Below, one piece after another: positions 1 to 8,514 of a stretch of DNA of 64,000 nucleotides. Made by a program: the position numbers and the translations under genes. This DNA comes from Mytilus edulis (lineage: Eukaryota), in NCBI RefSeq assembly GCF_963676685.1, contig NC_092350.1, positions 81,840,001-81,904,000 on the forward strand, in the 5' to 3' direction. Within the stretch, counting starts at the first letter, position 1, and every line of letters starts with the position of its first letter. The notes under the pieces are model-generated. The model did no database searches. It was not told the DNA's origin and saw only the letters and a list, made by a program, of their open reading frames with translations.

Positions 1-2
1 CA

Positions 3-392
3 TACCTTTCCAAAACAGAGGCCGATCCTGGACACCATCATACCATAATCTTTGATTCTATCCTTACAAATTCTGGAAATGGCTACAATAATCATACTGG
101 GGCATTTATTGCTCCAGAAAAGGGACTGTATGTTTTTGCTTTTACCGTCGCTGGGGTCGCAGGCAGCAGAATGCCAGTTCAGTTGGTAGTAAACACTAAT
201 ATTATTGGAGCCACTACTGCTGATAGTCTATCAGATACTCCGACATCAACAGCTTCAAGCGTTGTCATAATTTATTTGAACCAATGTGATACATGTTTTC
301 TAAGAACGCCACCAAATACCGACTGGATTGTTGGAAGTTTGTATAGCCATGTTGATTGGTCTAGATCGTCGTTTTCTGGCTGGAAACTATAA
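3..392 (+). CDS. C1q-domain protein paralog 1, terminal exon (5' partial, runs off window)
   Basis: Frame is open from base 3: YLSKTEADPGHHHTIIFDSILTNSGNGYNNHTGAFIAPEKGLYVFAFTV...SSFSGWKL*. It has the gC1q hallmarks (FD..N.G..Y...G.F..P..G.Y.F; FSGW.L). Confidence 0.92.
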   Translation, partial: YLSKTEADPGHHHTIIFDSILTNSGNGYNNHTGAFIAPEKGLYVFAFTVAGVAGSRMPVQLVVNTNIIGATTADSLSDTPTSTASSVVIIYLNQCDTCFLRTPPNTDWIVGSLYSHVDWSRSSFSGWKL

Positions 393-451
393 AAGTGAAA
401 ATATGATAATTAGTCGTATTTGAAGCTGATTTGTTTTCATTCTTTATAGAA

Positions 452-668
452 TAGGAGCAAAATGTACCAGAATGACAGCCAAACTCATGGATCGAAAATA
501 TAAACTGACAACGCCATGGCTAACAAAGGAAAAGACAAATAGACAAATAATTGAACACAAGTGACAAAATAGAAAACTAAAGACTAAGTAACACGAACCG
601 CATCAAAAGCTGAATGTGATCTCATGAGCTCTGAAGGAATGCGCAGGTCCTGCTCCCCACGTGGCATT
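452..668 (-). repeat. Short 3'-end copy of the abundant Penelope-like repeat family
   Basis: Matches 1216-1430 (aaactgacaacgccatggctaa...gtgatctca..gctc.g.aagg...cctgctccac). Confidence 0.75.
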
Positions 669-1215
669 CTTTATAGGAAACGCCTTTCTGTACATATTGT
701 TTTGTCTTTCTTTATTCGAATGAATTGTTATCATAAGTATTGTCTGCTCCTTTTAAACTACATTCGATTTCAGAGACAAGCAATAAATAATTGTTCAAGG
801 AAATTTCCAAGTATGAAAAAAAAAAAATCGGAAATTAACAAAATAAATAACGAAAGTTGAACATCTTTGCACAAACGCTTATACACCATTTCATTTGTTC
901 AATTTGTTTCGTACTCAAAACTGAAAGTATCAATCTTTAATGTACAGTTATTAAAATAAGTTGGTATTCAGTTAATACATTCAGTAAAACGCGTATAAAA
1001 CTGAATGGAACCATGAGTATAGCCAAACACTGACTTGGAATCAGAGTTATGATAGAAGGAGACACAATTCTCAATTTCAAATGATTACCGTAGCTATGTA
1101 AAAAAAATATGCAAATGTTTATGCCAATTCTGAAGTATGGGGATAATTGGTTAGGGAGAGATAAGTAACCATATAAGGAGCAAAAATTACATAATTCCAA
1201 AATGAAGACAATACA

Positions 1216-1806
1216 AAAGAGGGACAAAAGATACCACAGGGACAGTCAAACTCATAGATTGAAAATAAACTGACATCGCCATGGCTAAAAATAAAAGACA
1301 AACAGACAAATAATAGTACAAAAGACACAACATAGAAAACTAAAGACTAAGCAAGACGAACCCCACCCAAAACTATGGGTGATCCTCAGGTGCTCCGGAA
1401 GGGTAAGCAAATCCTGTTCCACATGTGTCATCCGTCGTATTGCTTATGTTATTATACAAGTCCGTTTTATAGTCTAATTCGGTAGGTCACATTCGTGAAA
1501 AGGGAAGGGAAGGGTATTGTAATTACGACATTTCCGATATCATATGTGAAACAGTTATTCCATAACGGTCAACCAACTCGTAATGACGAATGTATAATTA
1601 ATGAAGGAATGATTTCAACCTCACCATTTGGAACTCTTGATTTAATAGCTTTATTTTGAGCAACGATTCTTTACCAAGGAACTCATAATAGGAAATACTC
1701 CGTATACAGGCGCTGCTGTTGAATGTTGCTACATAGCAATGGAAAGTTCACAATTGGGAAGATAAAAACATCTCTTTTGTCGTAAAGTTTTGTTTTCAAC
1801 CGACCC
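1216..1806 (-). mobile_element. 5'-truncated Penelope-like retroelement remnant (RT C-terminus plus 3' end), Naiad-like motif
   Basis: Minus strand reads GRLKTKLYDKRDVFIFPIVNFPLLCSNI/AAPVYGV ... KLLNQEFQMVRLKSFLH*LYIRHYELVDRYGITVSHM, with frameshifts and stops. The 3' part is shared with many short copies in the window. Confidence 0.75.
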
Positions 1807-2775
1807 TTAAGTTGTACAAGATTAAAAAAAAAACACCAATCACACTAACCCTGCATTAGACAAATCGCTTACATGAACTCATTTACACTTCATCAGTAAA
1901 AAGGTATATAAAAGATACCGACATAAAAGGACAATTTGTAAATTTGAAGTCAAAATTACACGTGATACTTTAGCAACAAACGGAACAATCGAAAACAGCT
2001 GTCCTATTCCTGACTTGGTACAGCCATTTTAATTTTATAAAAAAATTACGAAAAAGTGATTTACTGTTCATAAATGAATTTTAAAGGATTGTAAACACGT
2101 TTACAACTATCTATTTTAGACCAAATAAACAAGATGTAGATAATTACAGGTCATCGTTCGGCGATCAACAAAACCCATACCGTATAGTCTGATGTTGAAT
2201 AAACATGGATGTCAACACCTGAAACAATTAAGCAAAGATATTCAAGAAATCCTGAAAAAAGCGCATGCATGTTATGTTTCTTTTATGTGTTAATGCATTG
2301 CTTTTTAATCGCAAAACTTGTTGTCTCTCTCTCTTTTTTCTTTATTGATTTTGTTACCGTATCTGTAACATTTTTTGTTGCTCAGTCCGTATTTTAAATA
2401 CATTCAAATGGTTCTTTTTTTTAATTTTGTTATAATATAAACTAACGTGTATTCGAACATTTGCCAGCGTTGACTTATTATCCCATAGAACATTTGAAGG
2501 ATGCCAACATGAATTGGTGGTCCATTATGTTACAATTCTTGGTGCTACCTTCCTGTACTGTGTACATCGTGTGTGATTTACATAATTAGACTCATAGTTG
2601 ACAGGTTCTTTGCAATGAAATTGTCAGTTTGTTTTCGACTAATAAGTTTGAATATCCCTTTAGTATCTTCGTCGTCTTTTATTTTGACATTATGATAAAC
2701 GCTTACAGATAAGCATATGTCTTATCATCATTTTATAGGTTATAAGTGTTCTTGTGATCTAACGAGAAACTAAAC

Positions 2776-3058
2776 ATGGTAGTCATTTTTGTATTGTTCA
2801 CAATTTGCTGCATTAACTTTGACTCTGTTTCTTGTAGTGATGATAGGATTTCTAGACTTGAGAAACTTGTTGAAGCACAGAATATCAAAATTGACAGGTT
2901 GGAAAACAAACTACTCAGCTGTAAGGCATGTATTGATATCCAGCGTTCCAATAACACTAGTTCGTTGCTGTCTCATCAAACCTTAACTTCTCCTAACGAC
3001 AACAATCAGGAAGCGGAAAAAGATAAAGTGGATGTGTCAAACAACAGACTGCTGAAAG
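2776..3058 (+). CDS. C1qDC paralog 2, exon 1 (signal peptide plus short coiled coil)
   Basis: MVVIFVLFTICCINFDSVSC SDDRISRLEKLVEAQ...RLLK, then a phase-1 donor AAAG|GTATAT at 3058/3059. Near-identical N-terminus to 11085. Confidence 0.85.
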
Positions 3059-3199
3059 GTATATTGTGATTTCATTTATTTGCGTTAGTTTCGACTGTCG
3101 TATTCTCTATCTCAATTGGTCTCTTTTGGGCAGTTGTCTCATTGGTTTGCTACTATATCTTCTTATTTTATACTGGGTATCAGCTGTTTCTTGATGAGC

Positions 3200-3405
3200 C
3201 TGTCGTCAAAGTGAGAGGGTTAGCGCTATAAAACCAGGTTTAATCCACCATTTTTTACATTTGAAAGTGCCTGTACCAAGTCAGGAATATGACAGTTCTT
3301 GTCCATTCGTTTTTGATGTGTTTTGTTATTTGCTTTTGCCATGTGATTATGGACTTTCCGAATTGATTTTCCTATAAGCTAAGTATTTTTGTGATTTTAC
3401 TTTTT
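3200..3405. repeat. Dispersed interspersed repeat (cctgtaccaagtcaggaatatgacag family)
   Basis: Homologous copies near 14500-14630, 27365-27530, 29420-29630, 43610-43740, 47980-48160 and 52985-53180. Confidence 0.7.
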
Positions 3406-4110
3406 ATAAGATTTACTGAATACCTGTATTTTGTCGACAAAATTAATATATTATTTATTATCGACATTCCACACAATCCAAGAAAATTAGTAACTTCCGA
3501 GTATAAACGAATCTCAACATGTATAAATTATAATGATGAGTTCGTCCTTCGATGAAATGATAGCAGATGAATTAAACGAAATCCCAGTATTTAAACCGCT
3601 AAGGTATTTCATTTGCATAACCAATATATCTCAATCCAATATAACAAAAACTCTTTTAATACTTCTTTAACCAATAATGAATATATATTTTGTATTTTCA
3701 AAACTGTAATTCACTCATGGAAAATTCCTCCAGTCCTATGCATATCATTTTGAAAATATTGTTTTAATTTTTTGGCATTCATATTTAACTAGCATGCAGA
3801 TATCCTAAATATGTCAACAAGAGAAAAAACTGTCTGCTTGCGTGCAATCAGAACCAAAAGTAAAAAGTCAAATGTTGGTTTAGAAAAGTAATTTTCGAAA
3901 ATTTCAAACAATAGCATTCAAACTAAAAGGTAGGAATACGAAAATTCGAAAGGAAATGACCCAGCCTTTAGTTTTGGAACAAGAAGTATGAGGTTAGACT
4001 TAGACTATTCTTATTTCTTGCATTTTTGTGAAATTCATAATAATATTTCACAATACGTACAAATGTAACTTCTATACAGTATATATATATATATATATTT
4101 TTATTTTCAG

Positions 4111-4310
4111 ATTTAGACCGAAATAGAAGATTACTGGTGTCCGGGACTAACGGTGATTCATTACCAATTATCGCATTTCACGCATACCTTTCCAAAACAG
4201 AGATCGACCCGGGACACCATCATACCATAATCTTTGATTCTGTTCTTGCAAATTCCGGGAACGGCTATAGCAATAACACCGGAGCATTCACTGCTCCGTT
4301 AGGGGGAATG
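4111..4310 (+). pseudogene. C1qDC paralog 2, exon 2, 5' half (interrupted by insertion)
   Basis: Acceptor ttttcag|AT in phase 1 gives DLDRNRRLLVSGTNGDSLPIIAFHAYLSKTEIDPGHHH...FTAPLGGM, after which the insertion begins. Confidence 0.9.
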
Positions 4311-5053
4311 TATGGTGGCCGGTTAAGGCCATTTCGCGTTTTCGCGTTTTCGCGTTTTCGCCCATCATATTATATAGGGCGAAAACGCGAAAACGCGAAA
4401 TCGCGAAGTCGAAAACGCGAAAACGCGAAGTCGAAAACGCGAAAACGCGAAAACGCGAAGTCGAAAACGCGAAAACGCGAAGTCGAAAACGCGAAAACGC
4501 GAAATATTTTTTCTTTCCGATTTCGCGTTTTCGACTTCGCGTTTTCGCGTTTTCGACTTCGCGTTTTCGCGTTTTCGCGTTTTCGACTTCGCGATTTCGC
4601 GTTTTCGCCTTTTCGCGTTTTCGCCTTTTCGCGTTTTCGCGATTTCGCGTTTTCGCGTTTTCGCGTTTTCGCGATTTCGCGTTTTCGCGATTTCGCGTTT
4701 TCGCGTTTTCGCGTTTTCGCGATTTCGCGTTTTCGCGTTTTCGCGTTTTCGCGATTTCGTGTTTTCGCGTTTTCGCGTTTTCGCGATTTCGCGTTTTCGC
4801 CTTTTCGCGATTTCGTGTTTTATATACCAATACATATTCTTAGTATTTGACTTTATTTCATAATCTATTTTGTTCAATTCAATATTTTATCATAAATATT
4901 TGTTGTTTTTTAAGGTGTTTCGGTTAAGGTTTAACTACCAAGGCTTTTCCTCATCAGGTATCCCAAGCCTCTAACTAATAAAATAATCAGTTTCAAAGTA
5001 AAGTTCAAAGCATCCATACGCATAGAATTTAAAAATTCTGCATACCGGGATAC
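4311..5053 (-). repeat. Left terminal inverted repeat (743 bp) with (TTTTCGCG)n-type arrays
   Basis: Reverse complement of 6012-6706 apart from 48 bp of extra 8-mer units and a few substitutions. Confidence 0.95.
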
Positions 5054-5060
5054 GACACCT
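4913..5060 (-). ncRNA. Type III hammerhead ribozyme, predicted cleavage GUC| between 5054 and 5053
   Basis: Minus strand: AGGUG-UC|GUAUCCC-(82 nt)-GGGAUAC-CUGAUGA-G...GUUAA acc UUAAC-C-GAAA-CACCU. Stem I is 7 bp, stem III is 6 bp and the core is intact. Loop I AGGCUU is complementary to AAGCCU in the stem II bulge. Confidence 0.82.
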
Positions 5061-5162
5061 GGTAACTTTGTATTGATGTATTGTATTCTAAATTAAATCA
5101 GTTTATGATTTGATATAACCATTGTCTTTTATGTTGTGATTTATCCTATAACTTGGTTTATC

Positions 5163-5510
5163 CTATAACTTGGAGGATGTAAGTAGATCCTTCAAGTTTT
5201 TGTGTCTTTTATATGCTATGATCGGAGGTTTTGGAAACATGGTTTTTGTGCTATCATTTTGTTCAATTAGGTGCCAATGTTTTTTAATTGCTTTATTTAG
5301 TCCATTGAAGGAAGGATTAAATTTGGTGGCTAAAACAAATGGAGGCATTGCTCTTTTGTTTTTAAGCTTGTACCTTAGACAATCTTTTCTTTCCTTATGA
5401 AGTGCATTTGTTATAATGGGGTTGATATCTTTTTCCGAGTATCCCCTTTGGAGAAGTTTTGTTTTAAAAGTTTCAATTTCTTTTAGTGTATCTTTTATGC
5501 ATTTTTCTAC
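5163..5510 (-). pseudogene. Penelope-like RT C-terminal (thumb/linker) fragment ending without GIY-YIG
   Basis: Open frame VEKCIKDTLKEIETFKTKLLQRGYSEKDI...PFVLATKFNP...IKKHWHLI...FPKPPIIAYKRHKNLKDLLTSSKL*. The L..RGY and P.IAY+R.KNL+D.L motifs are typical of PLE RTs. Confidence 0.8.
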
Positions 5511-5773
5511 CTAGTTCGTAATTGTTTAATGTATTTTACATCAGGACTGGGAATAAATTTTAATCCCTTTGCAAGAACTAATATTTCATAGTTTGTGAGA
5601 TTCTCACGTGAAAACACTTCTATATAGTTTAAAGCTTTTTTTACATTTTCATGAAAGTGTTTTGTGCGTTTAAGATGGCCTTTGTTATTATTATGTATAC
5701 GGAGTTTACTTTTGTATTTTATTAATCGTTTTTTCTTATCCCTTTTTCTGAGAGATCGTTTTCTATTACTCAT
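5507..5773 (-). pseudogene. Penelope-like ORF N-terminal fragment
   Basis: Basic N-terminus followed by NLTNYEILVLAKGLKFIP, the L+..E..VL.KGL.F.P motif of PLE N-termini. The RT core is deleted between this and the C-terminal fragment. Confidence 0.78.
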
Positions 5774-5835
5774 AGTAATTTATTTGTATAAATTTGTTTT
5801 GTGACAAAACTATTTTGTTTGTTTGTATAATTATT

Positions 5836-5940
5836 TCAACTCTAATTGAGAGATGAAATGAATATATATGAACTTCAACTCTATTTGAGAGATGAAATGT
5901 ATTTTATTAATTCTACTCTATTTGAGAGATGAATTGATTT
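5836..5940. repeat. Three ~38-40-bp direct repeats upstream of the RT start
   Basis: tcaactctaattgagagatgaaatg / tcaactctatttgagagatgaaatg / tctactctatttgagagatgaattg. Confidence 0.85.
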
Positions 5941-6011
5941 GTATTTTGTTTAAATCTATTTCAAAAATTATACATTGTATATGTAAACTCTGTTGAAGTG
6001 TTTGTTCACTT

Positions 6012-6706
6012 GTATCCCGGTATGCAGAATTTTTAAATTCTGTGCGTATGGATGCTTTGAACTTTACTTTGAAACTGATTATTTTATTAGTTAGAGGCTT
6101 GGGATACCTGATGAGGAAAAGCCTTGGTAGTTAAACCTTAACCGAAACACCTTAAAAAACAACAAATATTTATGATAAAATATTGAATTGAACAAAATAG
6201 ATTATGAAATAAAGTCAAATACTAAGAATATGTATTGGTATATAAAACACGAAATCGCGAAAAGGCGAAAAGGCGAAAACGCGAAAACGCGAAATCGCGA
6301 AAACGCGAAAACGCGAAAACGCGAAATCGCGAAAACGCGAAATCGCGAAAACGCGAAATCGCGAAAACGCGAAATCGCGAAAACGCGAAAAGGCGAAAAC
6401 GCGAAAAGGCGAAAACGCGAAATCGCGAAGTCGAAAACGCGAAAACGCGAAAAGGCGAAGTCGAAAACGCGAAAACGCGAAGTCGAAAACGCGAAATCGG
6501 AAAGAAAAAATATTTCGCGTTTTCGCGTTTTCGACTTCGCGTTTTCGCGTTTTCGACTTCGCGTTTTCGCGTTTTCGCGTTTTCGACTTCGCGTTTTCGC
6601 GTTTTCGACTTCGCGATTTCGCGTTTTCGCGTTTTCGCCCTATATAATATGATGGGCGAAAACGCGAAAACGCGAAAACGCGAAATGGCCTTAACCGGCC
6701 ACCATA
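6012..6706 (+). repeat. Right terminal inverted repeat (695 bp), starting at the ribozyme cleavage position
   Basis: Starts with GTATCCC, the first bases 3' of the GUC site. It contains CTGATGA...GAAACACCT but lacks the upstream AGGTGTC strand. Confidence 0.95.
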
Positions 6707-6712
6707 GTAATG

Positions 6713-6973
6713 TATGTTTTTGCTTTTACTGTTGTTGGGTACCAAGGTACCCGAATGCCAGTTCAGCTGGTTGTAAACAGTAACATTGTTGGAGCTACTG
6801 CTGGTGATAGTTTATCGAGTACTTTGTACCCATCATCTTCAACCGTAGTGGTTATTCATCTTAACCAAAATGATGCATGCTTTCTAAGGACGACAACAAC
6901 TACCGGTTGGAATGTTGGTAATTTGTATAGCAGTGATTGGTCTAGATCATCATTTTCTGCATGGAAGCTTTGA
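6713..6973 (+). pseudogene. C1qDC paralog 2, exon 2, 3' half
   Basis: YVFAFTVVGYQGTRMPVQLVVNSN...SSFSAWKL*, with AATAAA at 6995-7000. Confidence 0.9.
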
Positions 6974-7484
6974 TTTGGATTAATATAACTTTTGAATAAA
7001 AAGGCAATATTAAAAGAAGATGTCTGTTTTAATAGTTGATAGGGTATGTCATTTTGAAGAAGATAAAACAAAGTAAAGACGATTAGATCATAACTACTAA
7101 AACAAAGTAATTCAAACAGCGTCATTAGAATAAAACATGTCAAAACAAAATATATATGACTACTCGCTATCAGTTCAGTAAAACTTAGAGCATCAGTTGA
7201 CATGTTGGTAAAAAAAAACAAGAAAATAAAAAAAAAACGAAAAGTTAGAAGTACAATTGCTTTTGCATGCATACCTAAAAAAAGACTTCATCAAGGCGCC
7301 CATTCAAAATAAGTGCTTATAAATACAACTGCCACATTGTACATATACATGTATATCAGGAGGTCATCCTCTGTTCTAAAGACAAAATATAATATACGTC
7401 CTAAAGGGGAAATTTTTTTAACTTTGCGATATAACAATTGCTATTTAAAATATCTTAGAAAGACATTGCTAAAATAAAAGGTAG

Positions 7485-7705
7485 CAATAGTTATCAAAGG
7501 TATCAGGGTTATAATTTAATAAACCAGACGAACGTTTCGTTTACATAAGACTTATCAGTGACGCTTTGATCAAAATAGTTACAAAGCCAAAGAAGTACAA
7601 AGTTGAAGAGCATTAAGAACCCAAAGTTCCAAAAAGTTGTACCAAATAAGGCTAAGGTAATATAAATGCCTGGGATAAGAAAGTCCTTAGTTTTTCGAAA
7701 AATTA
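7485..7705 (-). repeat. Degenerate retrozyme-like hammerhead repeat
   Basis: Minus strand gcgtca CTGATAA GTC ttatgta AAC GAAAC GTTC GTC tgg. Flanks match the copies at 24280 and 26460. Confidence 0.75.
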
Positions 7706-8087
7706 ATTCTTTTGTAAAACTCTAATTTATAATTTAAAGAGTTAGGAGAACGAGCATGACGATAAGACACGGATCAACATAGCAATGGTAAACAGTTTCG
7801 GTTCAACTAGCAGCTACTTATAAAACATCCTGATCGAGCACAGACATACAGATATCGTACAAACCATGAAATGTTTGCATAAAATTGGACACTTATCCAG
7901 GCTCTTATCAAGCCATATACCTTGAATTAAATGTGCACTACGGTGTGATTGAAGATAAGCACTCACAAGAGATAGTCACTTTAACTTGTGACACCGTTTA
8001 AGTATATTTTGATTTTGATACCTTAATTTTAATAGTGTAAGCATTCAAAACGTTCACAGTTCTAAGAAAAAAAGGTTTTGAATTTAA

Positions 8088-8514
8088 ATGGCTTCCATTG
8101 TAGGAATGTTAACGGCAATTTTTCTGCTATTTTCTATTTGTACAATAAGATCTTCTGCAGAGTTTGCTAATGACAACAGAATTTCCCGGCTGGAGAAATT
8201 GGTGGAATCACAAAATGCCGCGATTTTGTCGTTGAGGAATGAAGTTGCCGAGATTGGTGTTTTGAAGAACAACATGAGGATATTGGAAAAAGAGAATTTA
8301 GATTTAAAGTTTTTAAATGAGAATGTTAAAACACATCGTGCCGAAATGCGAAATATGAAGAAAGAAATAAGGAGACAACAGTTGAAAACTCAGTATTTGG
8401 AAACTCAATTACGAATTTCCTCATTACGTTTAAATACCACTTGTGATCCGTGTTATTCCACAACTACACCGACCTTAGGCAAAACATTCCACAATGAAAT
8501 AAATCAGGAAACAG
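8088..8514 (+). CDS. C1qDC paralog 3, exon 1 (signal peptide plus long coiled coil)
   Basis: MASIVGMLTAIFLLFSICTIRSSA, then NRISRLEKLVESQ and heptad-like sequence. Donor ACAG|GTAAGG in phase 1. Confidence 0.88.

Larger units (their letters stand above)
4311..6706. mobile_element. Composite element: TATGG...CCATA long-TIR transposon ends, 6-bp TSD, Penelope-like RT remnant and hammerhead ribozyme
   Basis: The terminal 28 bp are exact reverse complements. Flanks are GGAATG (4305-4310) and GTAATG (6707-6712). Removing the element plus one TSD copy restores the C1q frame LGGMYVFAF. Confidence 0.92.

Noticed and set aside
6012-6152. Second functional hammerhead in the right TIR
   Set aside because: It lacks the 5' stem III strand and GUC triplet (preceded by CACTT), so it cannot self-cleave in cis as drawn.
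4307-6716. Alternative 8-bp TSD AATGTATG (hAT-like)
   Set aside because: It overlaps the TIR and makes the ends asymmetric. The 6-bp reading gives perfect termini and matches the MITE at 49453.
4288-6783. Arg/Lys- and Phe-rich ORFs of 154-237 aa on both strands
   Set aside because: They are translations of the stop-free 8-mer TIR arrays and are mirrored in both arms. Nothing supports them as genes.
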